The notes: a model not told the origin generated them from the letters alone. A stretch of 64,000 bases of DNA from Minisyncoccota bacterium (GCA_022841645.1 JALHRC010000003.1:6553-70552), one strand, 5' to 3'. Counted from the first letter of the stretch, positions 9,313 through 19,205 are shown. A program made the numbers and translations.

Positions 9313-10194
9313 ATGGGAATACTTTTTACTTTATTGTTACTGGTCATTCTGCTCGTACTCCTGCCGTCGATGGTCTACATTGTACGTGGCAAGACGGCGG
9401 CGATTTTGGAAACTTTTGGTCGACCGCACCGCGCTGCGGTGTTTCCTGGTCTGCGTTTTAAGTGGCCGTGGCCGATCACGAGCATCGTGGCGCGGGTGAA
9501 TTTACAGCTCCAAGAAATTCACGCTGACGTATCAGTAAAGACCAGTGACAACGCCTTCATGACACTGCCGGTGAAGGTACAGTACCGCGCGAGTGATGAT
9601 CCGGTAGGAGCGGTGAAAGCTCATTATGAATTGGAGGCCCCAGAACGACAGATTTCTTCCTACGTGCTCAACAACGTTCGGCAAACTGCCTCAGGCATGG
9701 AGATGACCGAGCTCTACGCTAATCGTGACGCTGTTGAAAGCCAAGTCCAAGCAGCGCTTTCAGAGCAATTTGCGCACTTTGGCTATATCATTGAAAACGT
9801 ACTCGTGGATGAACCGCAACCAAGCCAAGAGGTACGTGATGCCTTCAATAAGGTGATTGCGAGCAAGCGTCTTATGGAAGCGGCGCGCAACGAGGCTGAG
9901 GCCGAGCGTATTAAATTGGTCGGAGCAGCCCAGGCTGAAGCTGAAAGTAAAAAGCTACAGGGTGAAGGTATGGCGCAGATGCGTGAGGCGGTGGCGCGGG
10001 GACTTGAGGCGGCTATGGAAACCATGCAAAAAGCTGGCCTCACGCCCGACATGGCCGTTCGTTTTCTTTCCGATACGAATCGTATTGATGCGATTACGAG
10101 CGCAGCCGCACACGGCAACACCATCATCATTGACGCTAGCGGTGAGCGCAGTAGCGCCGGTACCGCCGCTATGTTGGAGGCGCTCCAGAAGTAG
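9313..10194 (+). CDS. SPFH/band-7 (stomatin/prohibitin-like) membrane protein
   Basis: N-terminal TM then PHB domain and C-terminal coiled coil (EAARNEAEAERIKLVGAAQAEAESKK). Confidence 0.75.
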   Translation: MGILFTLLLLVILLVLLPSMVYIVRGKTAAILETFGRPHRAAVFPGLRFKWPWPITSIVARVNLQLQEIHADVSVKTSDNAFMTLPVKVQYRASDDPVGAVKAHYELEAPERQISSYVLNNVRQTASGMEMTELYANRDAVESQVQAALSEQFAHFGYIIENVLVDEPQPSQEVRDAFNKVIASKRLMEAARNEAEAERIKLVGAAQAEAESKKLQGEGMAQMREAVARGLEAAMETMQKAGLTPDMAVRFLSDTNRIDAITSAAAHGNTIIIDASGERSSAGTAAMLEALQK

Positions 10195-10197
10195 GAC

Positions 10198-10809
10198 ATG
10201 ATCGGCCTACTCATCTCGCTCGCGGTCATAAGCACGCTAGTTGGTGTCGTGTATTTTAGTGACGCTACTGATAGCCCTAACGTTGTCGGGGAAATACTTC
10301 AAGAAGCACAGCCAGCAGCGCGCGAGTCAGCACAGTCAGCTGTGGAAGCTGCAAAGGATGCTGCGCGAGCACTCGAAGCGGCTAGTCGTGGCGAGAGCAG
10401 ACCAGTAGCACCGGCGACTCCTGAGTTGGGGCCACTTACGCCCATCACCATCGGTGCCACGGCGGTGAAGGCATCCATCGCCCGCACGCCAAAAGAGCGC
10501 ACGGCAGGTCTCTCTGGTGTACTGGAGTTACCAGAAGACGTAGTAAAACTCTTTGTGTTTGACGTCCTTGGTCCGCAGAGTATTTGGATGAAGGAGATGC
10601 TCTTCGCGCTTGATATCATGTGGCTCGATAAAAGTGGGGTAGTGGTACATGTAGAAACTAATGTCGCTCCTGAAACATTCCCGACGAGTTTTAGTTCGCC
10701 GGTGCCGGCTCTCTATGTCATTGAAGCGCAGGCTGGTTTTGTGGAGACTCACGGCATAAAGTTGGGGGCAGTAGCTGATCTGGCTAAAGTTGTAGAAAGT
10801 AATCTTTAG
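10198..10809 (+). CDS. DUF192 domain protein
   Basis: C-terminal region LFVFDVLGPQSIWMKEMLFALDIMWLD...ALYVIEAQAGF matches DUF192/COG1430. Confidence 0.6.
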   Translation: MIGLLISLAVISTLVGVVYFSDATDSPNVVGEILQEAQPAARESAQSAVEAAKDAARALEAASRGESRPVAPATPELGPLTPITIGATAVKASIARTPKERTAGLSGVLELPEDVVKLFVFDVLGPQSIWMKEMLFALDIMWLDKSGVVVHVETNVAPETFPTSFSSPVPALYVIEAQAGFVETHGIKLGAVADLAKVVESNL

Positions 10810-10825
10810 TTGTATAATGTTATAG

Positions 10826-11504
10826 TACGGTGATCGCCGAGCACCTTCTCTCGTTAGTATTTATGTGCGGCGCGGTTGACGAAAGGTCATTTCGTTACTG
10901 CTGGTGTGCATAAATTAAATGGTAGCGAGAGAAGGTGCTCGGAGGAAAGTCCGAACACGCCCAGCCCCAGTTTCGGTGGCGATTTATTCACTGTGGTGGA
11001 CAGCAGACCTTTTTCTGCTCCACACCTTCGTTTATAAATGGCTGTAGAAACTGGGGCTGGAGTAGGGTAGCGGGTAACCCCCGTCGTGCGCCCATAAAGC
11101 GCGAAGAGGTGCGAGCAGAGACGCTTCCACGCGAAAGTACGGAGCTCCCTACGGCATTTTGTTGTAGGAAGAGCCGCCACGGTAACGTGGCGGGTGAAAC
11201 GGCAAAATCCTTACCTGCGTGCAAGGCCGTGCCCCGCCCCAGTTTTGGCGGCTGTGTAGAGGTAACGTGTGGTGTGATGCTGTGCCCAGCATATCATTGT
11301 AAGAACCTATACGGCCACTAAAACTGGGGCGGGGAGAGCCGCTTGAGGGTGTCGGCAACGCCACTCCTAGATATATGATCACCCCGAGCACCTTCTTTGG
11401 CTGTCAGGTGGAGCATTGCGGAGTCAGTTAATCTGCTACTGTCTTGCATTAGTCCGCTTGGTTAGTAGAGAAGGTGCTCGGACAGAATTCGGCTTACGTA
11501 CACA
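10826..11504 (+). ncRNA. rnpB: RNase P RNA (bacterial type A) with large insertions
   Basis: GGAGGAAAGTCCGAAC (P4 5' strand) at 10941-10956; GGTAAC, GTGCGAGCAGAGACGC, GGGTGAAACGG, GCAAGGCC blocks; ACAGAATTCGGCTTA (P4 3' strand) at 11482-11496; TATAAT at 10813-10818; hairpin terminator 11505-11535; boundaries approximate. Confidence 0.8.
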
Positions 11505-11535
11505 CTGCGCCGCACCCCTCTGGGGTGCGGCGCAG
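11505..11535 (+). terminator. hairpin after rnpB
   Basis: CTGCGCCGCACCCC-TCT-GGGGTGCGGCGCAG. Confidence 0.55.
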
Positions 11536-11588
11536 TGCTCTATGCTACGATAGGTGTATACACGTTAATCACCAGTGGGTTTTTATCT

Positions 11589-14129
11589 ATGGATCACGTC
11601 ACTTTTTCACCCCGCTTGCGTCCCGGGGGCGACACACTTGAACGCTGGCTTATTGGCGCGGCGCAAATAGTGTTGCTGACACTCCTTGTGATACTGCCGA
11701 TTTTGTTCATCCCGCACGCACAATTGTCGCTCGGTTTTACCAAGAGCTTTGTGGCTCTGGCGGCTGTCTCGTCTGCTTTCGTGCTCTTTGGACTTTTTAT
11801 GTTGCGTATGGGATTTGTGCGCCTGGTCGGATGGTCAACTCTTTCGTTGTGGTGGCTCTGGGTTTTTATCGGAGTTGCTTCGGCACTATTGTCGGGGGAT
11901 CGGCGCGATGCCTTTTTAGGTGACGTCTTTGGATCGGGCACGGTTGGTTTTATGGCGCTCCTCGCGCTCATCATCACCGTCACTGCGCTTGTCATTGAGC
12001 AGCGCGCACGCCTCTTACGCGGACTCATGGCCTTGGCAGTAGTGTCATTTCTATTTCAACTTTGGCATGTTTTGCGAATAGTGGCCGGCCCCGAGTGGCT
12101 GTCGTTTGGCGTATTTACGGCACCGACCCTCTCGCCCTTGGGTAGCTTCAATGACGTGGCCATATTTTCGGGACTACTCATTATTGTTTCGCTGATTGCT
12201 CTCTTGCAGCTACCACTTCGCGCTTCTGCACAAGTCTTCTTTGGATTACTTACGGCGCTTTCGCTGTTTCTTTTACTCGTTATCAACTTCTTCGCAGTGT
12301 GGGTAACGGTCGGCTTCTTTGCACTCCTCGTCTTGCTCTATGCGCTCACCCGTGACCGTCTGCTAGCGCCTGTTAGTACCCCCGCCATCCCGGCAGCAGC
12401 GGCCCGCAGTGTTTCGTGGCCAGTCGTGGCTATCGTGGGTCTCGTATGCGTTACTGCCGCCACTGGTGTCTTGGGTGGTTCGGCGGTGGGCAGTAGCCTC
12501 GGGTTAGCATTCGGTGTGCAGTATGTTGAAGTGCGTCCGTCATTCACTAGCACGCTCGATATTGCGAGTGCTGCCTACCGCGATGACCAGGCGCTTTTAG
12601 GTGTTGGACCGGCTCGTTTTGAAGATGCGTGGCGACAGTATCGCGACCCAGTCATAAACACGACGCTCTTTTGGAACACTACCTTTGGCAGTGGCAGTGG
12701 CTACATTCCAACTATGTTGGTTACCCTCGGCGTGGCCGGAGTACTGGCGATGTTACTTGCACTCGGCAGCCTCGTGCTCACGGGCTACCGGACACTCGTC
12801 ACGGCTGCCGCTCAGGCCGATGCGTTTTGGTACTTTATTGCGACAACCGCCAGCGCCAGCGCCTTCTACCTGTGGGGTGTGGCCTTCATCTATGTACCAG
12901 GCGTGAGCCTTTTGCTTTTAGCGGCGTTTATGAGTGGTCTCCTCCTCGTCGCATATGGTCAGCTCCAGCCACAATCAGCACGCGTTTATACGTTTACCGA
13001 TAGCCGACCTCGGGCCTTCATACTGATTGGTATCGTAATGGCGATGGTAACGGGTGCGATGGCAGTACTGTTTGTGGTAAGTACACAATTCGTTGCTCAT
13101 GTTACCTTTGCAAACGCACTACGCGCCGCCACGACCAATCCTGATCCCGTGGCTGCCGACGCCGCACTCGCCGATGCTGACGCACTTTTTCCGAGCGACA
13201 GTTATATAGCACAGCGGGTGCAATTGCGCCTCGGTCTCATTGGTGATTTGTTGCGCACCGAAAATCCTACCGAGGCTGACGTAAGTCGCTTTAATCAGGC
13301 TGCGGCCGAGGCGCTCTCCTATGCGAGCGAGGCCGTCCGGCGTGATCCGACAAACCCCACTACCCACCTCCTCTTAGGTACGGTGCATGGCGTACTCTTT
13401 CTTAATGGCGCTACCACTACCGAGGGAGCACTCATGGCCGCTTTTGCGAAAGCAAGTGAGCTCGATCCTCAGAACCCTGAGTATGCTTTGATTGAGGCTC
13501 AAATCGCCGCTCGCGTGGGTAACCTCGCGCGCACGCGTACACTCCTACAGATGGCGCTTACGCGTAAGTCAAATTATGTCGACGCACTCTACTTACTCAC
13601 CCAGTTGGATGTGAGTGAAGGTAATACCGAAGCCGCACTTTCAAGCGCTCGTTCCCTGGTGTCGATCGAACCACAGAACCCTGTGCGCTACTTTCAGCTC
13701 GGTTCACTACTTCTTTCACGCCGCGACACCGCTGCCGCTCGTGGTGCGTTTGAAGCTGCTCTCGCGCTTGATCCCCAGTTTGCGAATGCTCGCTATTTGC
13801 TCGCCCTGGTCTATATTGAGGAGGGTCGCACCGCCGAGGCGCTGGCCGCTTTACGCACCGTCCAGTCCACCAACATGGAGAATGCTGAACTAAACGAACT
13901 GATTGCCGCTCTTGAGTCTGGTACCTCAACTATTCCAACCCTCGGTGTGACGCCGCCCGTTTCAGAATCGACCCCCGCTGTTGACGGAGAAGGTGTGACG
14001 ACCTCACCCGCCCCTTCCGACACTGATCTGATCGTTCCGGTTAATCGTTCGAGTACCCCTGATGAAGAGATTGACTCGACAGATGACCCACTACCTTCTG
14101 AGGCTACGAGCGATGAGACTCCTGATTAG
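11589..14129 (+). CDS. O-antigen-ligase-like polytopic membrane protein with C-terminal TPR repeats and acidic Pro/Ser/Thr/Asp tail
   Basis: about 10 TM helices in first 500 aa, then TPR-like repeats (LALDPQ...ARYLLALVYIEEGRTAEA); ATG 11589 preferred because ORF-track GTG at 11535 lies in the rnpB terminator. Confidence 0.5.
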   Translation: MDHVTFSPRLRPGGDTLERWLIGAAQIVLLTLLVILPILFIPHAQLSLGFTKSFVALAAVSSAFVLFGLFMLRMGFVRLVGWSTLSLWWLWVFIGVASALLSGDRRDAFLGDVFGSGTVGFMALLALIITVTALVIEQRARLLRGLMALAVVSFLFQLWHVLRIVAGPEWLSFGVFTAPTLSPLGSFNDVAIFSGLLIIVSLIALLQLPLRASAQVFFGLLTALSLFLLLVINFFAVWVTVGFFALLVLLYALTRDRLLAPVSTPAIPAAAARSVSWPVVAIVGLVCVTAATGVLGGSAVGSSLGLAFGVQYVEVRPSFTSTLDIASAAYRDDQALLGVGPARFEDAWRQYRDPVINTTLFWNTTFGSGSGYIPTMLVTLGVAGVLAMLLALGSLVLTGYRTLVTAAAQADAFWYFIATTASASAFYLWGVAFIYVPGVSLLLLAAFMSGLLLVAYGQLQPQSARVYTFTDSRPRAFILIGIVMAMVTGAMAVLFVVSTQFVAHVTFANALRAATTNPDPVAADAALADADALFPSDSYIAQRVQLRLGLIGDLLRTENPTEADVSRFNQAAAEALSYASEAVRRDPTNPTTHLLLGTVHGVLFLNGATTTEGALMAAFAKASELDPQNPEYALIEAQIAARVGNLARTRTLLQMALTRKSNYVDALYLLTQLDVSEGNTEAALSSARSLVSIEPQNPVRYFQLGSLLLSRRDTAAARGAFEAALALDPQFANARYLLALVYIEEGRTAEALAALRTVQSTNMENAELNELIAALESGTSTIPTLGVTPPVSESTPAVDGEGVTTSPAPSDTDLIVPVNRSSTPDEEIDSTDDPLPSEATSDETPD

Positions 14130-14132
14130 GTC

Positions 14133-15812
14133 ATGGTGCGACGAGCCTTCACACTGATGTATAGCGAAATACGTGGCCTTCATCAGGCTGCGTATCTCTT
14201 GGCCCTCTTTGCGTTTGGCTCGCAGCTGTTGGCGATTGTACGTGACCGCGCGCTGTCGCATACCTTTGGGGCTGGCCGCGAACTTGACCTCTACTACGCT
14301 GCCTTTCGTATTCCTGACTTGTTGTTTGTGGTGTTTGCCTCAGTGCTCTCAGTCTACGTCCTTTTGCCGTTTGTCGAGCGTGCTCGGGCTACCTCCGGAG
14401 AGGGTGCGGCGGCGCGTCTTTTGAGCCAATGTTTTACCCTCTTTCTTAGTGTCTACGCAGTAGTGGCAGTGGTGTTGTGGGTCGCCTTGCCTTATCTCAT
14501 CCCATTCCTGTTTCCTGGTTTGACCGCTGACGCCGAGATTCTCACTACCCTCACCCGTATACTGCTCCTCCAGCCATTCTTCCTTGGGCTCTCGACTCTT
14601 TTTGGGGTGGTGACGCAGGCTGAACGTCGCTTTGTGCTCTACGCATTGTCGCCACTTCTCTATAACCTCGGGATCATTATTGGTGTGGTACTTCTGTACC
14701 CACTCTACGGGCTTAATGGTGTGGTGGTGGGTGTCGTAGCGGGGGCGATCGGCCACTTGGCGGTGCAGTATCCACTGGTGCGAAAAAGCAGTCTCCGCTT
14801 TGATTTTGCCCGCAGCATCGACTGGCGAGCCATACGTGAACTTATACTAGCGGCACTCCCACGAGCCGCTACGCTTTCCGCACACCAGCTAAGCCTCTTT
14901 GTGCTCATTGCGATTGCTACCATGATGACAGTTGGCTCGGTGGCAGTTTTCCAGCTTGCTTTTAATTTACAGTCGGTACCGCTCGCAATTATTGGTATGA
15001 GTTACTCAGTGGCTGCCTTTCCGATGCTGGCTGAGTGTATGGCCAAAAATGATCGAGCCAACTTTGTCGAGCACGTGGTGTCGGCACTGCGTCACATTAT
15101 TTTTTGGTCCCTCCCGGCTATTGGCCTTATTATCGTGCTCCGTGCCCAGATGGTGCGGGCGCTCTTTGGCAGTGGAAACTTCGACTGGGATGACACGCGA
15201 CTCACAGCTGCGGTGGTCGCTCTCCTCGTCGTGTCCTTAGTGGGGCAGTCGCTCCTCCTATTGTTTGTGCGCGCCTTTTATGCCGCCGGACGCATGGCCC
15301 TACCGCTCCTGATCGCCATTGTCGGTGTTGTCGTGACGGTAGTTTCGGCGTTCTTTTTCGATTACGCTTTCACGGAGTGGCCGTTTCTTCTGGTGGCGCT
15401 CGAAGAGCTGCTTCGACTCACTGAAGTCTCTGGTACCGAAGTACTCGTCATCCCGCTTGCCTTTACGTTCGGGGTGCTGGTTGAGGCCGTACTCCTCGTT
15501 CTCATCTTTGCTCGAAATTTTGGCTTGCCGTTTGGCATTCTAGGTAAGCTCTTTTTAAAAAGTACTTTTGCGGCGCTTGCTGGTGCGGGGAGCGCCTACC
15601 TTACCCTCCAGTTTATTGTTGATGGTGTTAATCAAGAAACGCTCATCGGTATAGTGCTCCAAGGCACCGCGGCCGGGTTCGTCGGGCTCTGCGCAGTCGT
15701 GCTTGCGTATGCGGCCGTCCGTTCGCGCGAGCTGGCTGAATTGTACGCTTCCTTTAGAGCTCGCCTCTTTAAAGCCGATGTGATCGCCCCCCAGACCGAC
15801 ACCATCGCCTAG
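14133..15812 (+). CDS. murJ: lipid II flippase MurJ (MviN)
   Basis: 559 aa polytopic; N-terminal LAIVRDRALSHTFGAGRELDLYYAAFRIPDLLF typical of MurJ. Confidence 0.8.
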   Translation: MVRRAFTLMYSEIRGLHQAAYLLALFAFGSQLLAIVRDRALSHTFGAGRELDLYYAAFRIPDLLFVVFASVLSVYVLLPFVERARATSGEGAAARLLSQCFTLFLSVYAVVAVVLWVALPYLIPFLFPGLTADAEILTTLTRILLLQPFFLGLSTLFGVVTQAERRFVLYALSPLLYNLGIIIGVVLLYPLYGLNGVVVGVVAGAIGHLAVQYPLVRKSSLRFDFARSIDWRAIRELILAALPRAATLSAHQLSLFVLIAIATMMTVGSVAVFQLAFNLQSVPLAIIGMSYSVAAFPMLAECMAKNDRANFVEHVVSALRHIIFWSLPAIGLIIVLRAQMVRALFGSGNFDWDDTRLTAAVVALLVVSLVGQSLLLLFVRAFYAAGRMALPLLIAIVGVVVTVVSAFFFDYAFTEWPFLLVALEELLRLTEVSGTEVLVIPLAFTFGVLVEAVLLVLIFARNFGLPFGILGKLFLKSTFAALAGAGSAYLTLQFIVDGVNQETLIGIVLQGTAAGFVGLCAVVLAYAAVRSRELAELYASFRARLFKADVIAPQTDTIA

Positions 15813-15860
15813 GCTCGCTTTTTTCACGAGGTAGGGTAGAGTATCGCCACCACACACCGT

Positions 15861-17657
15861 ATGGCCACTCTCATTAGAAATTTCAGTATCATTGCGCACA
15901 TCGATCACGGCAAATCGACCTTGGCTGATCGTATGCTCGAGCTCACCAAAACCGTCGAGGCCCGCAAGATGAAAGACCAAATGCTCGACTCGATGGAGCT
16001 TGAGCGCGAGCGGGGCATCACCATCAAGATGCAGCCGGTGCGCATGCGCTATGAGCGGGGAGGGGTGGAATATGAACTCAATCTTATTGACACTCCTGGT
16101 CATATCGACTTTTCCTACGAAGTGTCGCGGGCACTGAAGGCCGTTGAGGGGGTACTACTCCTCGTTGACGCAACGCAGGGTATTCAAGCACAGACCCTCA
16201 CGACACTCCAGATGGCCAAGGACCAGGGCCTTACGATCATCCCAGTACTGACCAAAATTGATGTGCCGCACGCGCGGGTAGTAGATGTAAGTGGTGATGT
16301 GGTTACCTTGCTTGGCTGCGCTCCCGAGGATATTGTTTGTGTGTCAGGAAAAACTGGGGAGGGTGTACCAGAGCTTCTTTCAGTCATCTGCGATCGCATC
16401 CCACCGCCGGCGCCAAGCGAACACACTCAAGGCTTCCGTGGTCTTGTGTTTGATTTTCAATATAGCAATCACCGGGGGGTGATTGTATTTTTCCGTGTCT
16501 TTGATGGTCAGGTGAAGAAGGGCGATATGCTCCGCTTTATTGCGAGCGAGCGCACCTTTACCGCGCTTGAGGTGGGAATTGTAACGCCCGAGCAAAAAGC
16601 GGTCGAGATGCTGACCGCTGGGGAAATTGGCTATATCGTTACCGGCATCAAAGAGCCGGGGGTAACCCGCGTCGGTGACACACTTACGCTCGAGCGTTCC
16701 CCTCTGCCGGCTTTGCCTGGCTATACCGAGGCGCGACCAGTCGTATGGGCGTCGGTATTTCCGGAAAACCAGGATGATTTTACGATGCTCCGTCAGGCGC
16801 TTGATCGACTCAAGCTTTCTGATTCATCGCTCTCGTATGAGGAAGAATCGTCAGGAGTGCTGGGGCGGGGATTTCGTTGCGGCTTTCTCGGGATGCTCCA
16901 CCTCGAGATTGTGACCGAGCGCTTGCGCCGCGAATTTGACATGGAGATTATTATCACTGCTCCCTCGATTGCCTACGAGGTGACCTTTCCCAATGGAAGT
17001 GTAGAGTCTATCTACGCGGCATCACGTTTTCCCGAGCATGGCGAAAAGGTGAGTGTACGAGAGCCCTGGATCTTGGGACAGATTTTTATGCCGCCCGAGT
17101 ATATGGGAGGAGTTCTTACGCTGCTCTACGAACACGAAGCCAGTGTGCTTGATACTGAAGTCTTTCGTGACGGCCGTAATTTGCTTACGATCGAGATGCC
17201 GCTCCGGGAGCTTATGCGCAATTTCTTTGATAAGCTCAAAAATGTGAGCAGTGGCTACGCTTCACTCTCCTACGAAGTTGCTGAAGTGCGCCCGGCTGAT
17301 GTAGTACGGCTCGATATTTTGGTAGCCGAGGAATTGGTGCCGGCTTTCTCACGAGTGGTGGGAGCGCGCCGCGCTGAGTTTGATGGGCGCGCCATGATCG
17401 ATAAGCTCTACGACACGATGCCGCGCCAGCAGTTTGTCTTAAAGTTGCAGGCCAAGGTCCGAGGCAAGATTATTGCGAGCCGTTCGCTGTCGGCCCTTCG
17501 CAAAGACGTTACCGGCTACCTCTACGGCGGCGACATTACGCGTAAAATGAAACTCCTTGAGAAACAGAAGGAAGGCAAGAAAAAAGCTCTTGAGCGCGGC
17601 CGAGGCAATGTGCACATCCCGCAAGAAGTCTTCATGAAAATGGTTAAATCAGACTAA
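15861..17657 (+). CDS. lepA: elongation factor 4 (LepA)
   Basis: IRNFSIIAHIDHGKSTLADRMLELT G-domain; 598 aa; LepA C-terminal domain. Confidence 0.95.
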   Translation: MATLIRNFSIIAHIDHGKSTLADRMLELTKTVEARKMKDQMLDSMELERERGITIKMQPVRMRYERGGVEYELNLIDTPGHIDFSYEVSRALKAVEGVLLLVDATQGIQAQTLTTLQMAKDQGLTIIPVLTKIDVPHARVVDVSGDVVTLLGCAPEDIVCVSGKTGEGVPELLSVICDRIPPPAPSEHTQGFRGLVFDFQYSNHRGVIVFFRVFDGQVKKGDMLRFIASERTFTALEVGIVTPEQKAVEMLTAGEIGYIVTGIKEPGVTRVGDTLTLERSPLPALPGYTEARPVVWASVFPENQDDFTMLRQALDRLKLSDSSLSYEEESSGVLGRGFRCGFLGMLHLEIVTERLRREFDMEIIITAPSIAYEVTFPNGSVESIYAASRFPEHGEKVSVREPWILGQIFMPPEYMGGVLTLLYEHEASVLDTEVFRDGRNLLTIEMPLRELMRNFFDKLKNVSSGYASLSYEVAEVRPADVVRLDILVAEELVPAFSRVVGARRAEFDGRAMIDKLYDTMPRQQFVLKLQAKVRGKIIASRSLSALRKDVTGYLYGGDITRKMKLLEKQKEGKKKALERGRGNVHIPQEVFMKMVKSD

Positions 17658-17670
17658 ATGTCTGATTTAA
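17647..17670 (+). repeat. 24-nt hairpin element copy 1 (overlaps lepA stop)
   Basis: AATCAGACTAAATGTCTGATTTAA, 9-bp inverted repeat; identical copy at 17832-17855. Confidence 0.7.
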
Positions 17671-17831
17671 GACCTAGCCAGCTACTTTTGAGTGCGCGAA
17701 AAAAGTAGCGACAAGGTGTACTGGCGACCGTAGGGCGAAAAGTGACTAACGTCACTTTTGAGATCTTTTGAGATAGACTACGAGCGGAGCGAAGTAGTAT
17801 ATCCAAAAGGTATACTGGCACCTGTAAGCGG

Positions 17832-17855
17832 AATCAGACTAAATGTCTGATTTAA
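17832..17855 (+). repeat. 24-nt hairpin element copy 2
   Basis: identical to 17647-17670; each preceded by 27-nt motif AAGGTRTACTGGCRMC.GTARGCGRAA (17713-17739 and 17807-17833). Confidence 0.7.
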
Positions 17856-18037
17856 AACCTTGCCATCTACTGCGACGGATGGAAGAAGCGTTACTAGCGG
17901 CCACTAGGCCATGCCTAAAGTGAGGCCTATCACCATACTGGCGATGATAATAGTAGCCACGGTGATCCAGGTCCACTTAATAATCGCTTTTCCTCGTTTA
18001 TCAAACAGAAAATTCATACGTGGTAAGATAGTACCAC

Positions 18038-18364
18038 ATGTTGAGTTTCAGCCAAAAGCGCCAACTACGCCGTTTTGCCACCTCGCGGCTCATGCATATT
18101 GCGCTCCTTTTCGCCTGTGTGGCGGTGGGTGTAAGTGCCTATGGTCGCTATGAAGTAGCGCGCGAGATGGCGCAGCGACGAGCGGCGGCCGAGAGGGAAC
18201 TCGCGAGCCTCTCCGAGCGACGTGCGGCGCTCGAGGCCGAGGTGGCGTACCTCAAGAGTGAGCGAGGAATTGAAGCGGAGATGCGACGTCAGTTTGATAT
18301 TGCTCGTGAGGGCGAACAGGTGGTCATTATTCTCGACAAACCCACTACCGCTGAAACAAACTAG
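18038..18364 (+). CDS. FtsB/DivIC-like septum formation initiator
   Basis: 108 aa, single TM then coiled coil (LASLSERRAALEAEVAYLKSERGIEAEMRRQF). Confidence 0.55.
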   Translation: MLSFSQKRQLRRFATSRLMHIALLFACVAVGVSAYGRYEVAREMAQRRAAAERELASLSERRAALEAEVAYLKSERGIEAEMRRQFDIAREGEQVVIILDKPTTAETN

Positions 18365-18411
18365 CCAGCCAAGCGTACTACGCGTATACTGGTCATATTA
18401 AACACCCTTGT

Positions 18412-18648
18412 ATGTCAAAAACCGTCACCATTTACAGCACCCCGGTCTGCCATTACTGCCACACCGCCAAAGAATTTTTTAAAGAGAACAACATTGCTTA
18501 CACTGAGCACGATGTGGCGAGCGACGCCGAGAAGCGCGCTGAGATGGTCGACATGACAGGTCAGATGGGTGTGCCGGTGATTCGCATCGAAGACGAAGTG
18601 ATTGTCGGCTACGACGAAGATAAGCTCAAAGAGCTTTTAGGAGTGTAG
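18412..18648 (+). CDS. glutaredoxin-like (NrdH/YruB-type) thiol-disulfide protein
   Basis: 78 aa; CHYC active site, thioredoxin-fold pattern VPVIRIEDEVIVGYD. Confidence 0.7.
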   Translation: MSKTVTIYSTPVCHYCHTAKEFFKENNIAYTEHDVASDAEKRAEMVDMTGQMGVPVIRIEDEVIVGYDEDKLKELLGV

Positions 18649-18674
18649 CGAAGAGAGGAGGGTACGAGTGAGGC

Positions 18675-18705
18675 AAAAAAGTCGCCCTTATGGGCGACTT
18701 TTTTG
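18675..18705. terminator. bidirectional rho-independent terminator
   Basis: AAAAAAGTCGCCC-TTAT-GGGCGACTTTTTT. Confidence 0.7.
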
Positions 18706-18737
18706 CTGTCCAGAAATATGCCATACTGACGCGACTT

Positions 18738-18810
18738 GCCCCCGTAGTTCAATGGATTAGAACAGTCCCGTCCTAAGGGATAGATGTAGGTTCGATTCCT
18801 ACCGAGGGCA
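18738..18810 (+). tRNA. tRNA-Arg (anticodon CCT)
   Basis: manual cloverleaf: acceptor GCCCCCG/CGAGGGC (one C-A mismatch), D-arm GTTC/GAAC, anticodon loop GTCCTAA, T-arm GTAGG-TTCGATT-CCTAC. Confidence 0.8.
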
Positions 18811-18836
18811 CAAACACGTTATAATAAAGTGTCACC

Positions 18837-19124
18837 ATGGAAACCATCGACACGCATGATGAAATTAAGGAGCTGCTCCTTGAAAACCAGCGGCTGCTTA
18901 AAGAAAATAACGAGCTACTGTTAGGTATGCGCCGCAGTGCGCGCTGGGCGTTCGCATTTCGGGTGCTGTGGTTTGCGATGATTCTCGGTGCACCGATCGC
19001 GCTCTACTATCTTTTGCTTGAGCCAAACATTGACTCGCTTTATCGGGCGTACGGGGTCTTTGAGCGGAGCGCCACCGAGCTTACGGGCTTGCGCCAATTC
19101 CTCAATGAATCAGGCACAGAATGA
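18837..19124 (+). CDS. hypothetical small membrane protein
   Basis: 95 aa; N-terminal coiled-coil-like segment then one TM. Confidence 0.3.
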   Translation: METIDTHDEIKELLLENQRLLKENNELLLGMRRSARWAFAFRVLWFAMILGAPIALYYLLLEPNIDSLYRAYGVFERSATELTGLRQFLNESGTE

Positions 19125-19132
19125 TATATAAG

Positions 19133-19205
19133 TGCTTGGGGCCGGGCTCGAACCGGCGACCCCCTCCTCTTCAGGGAGATGCTCTACCAACTGAGCTACC
19201 CAAGC
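19133..19205 (-). tRNA. tRNA-Phe (anticodon GAA)
   Basis: reverse complement folds: acceptor GCTTGGG/CCCAAGC, D-arm GCTC-AGTTGGTA-GAGC, anticodon loop CTGAAGA, T-arm GCCGG-TTCGAGC-CCGGC. Confidence 0.9.

Noticed and set aside
10887-11391. Six-frame ORFs of 78-128 aa on both strands
   Set aside because: They lie entirely inside the RNase P RNA gene. They have no RBS or coherent protein features and are artefacts of the GC-rich structured RNA.
11535-11588. GTG start at 11535 for the 864-aa membrane protein
   Set aside because: The GTG lies inside the rnpB terminator hairpin. The in-frame ATG at 11589 (MDHVTF) is more plausible.
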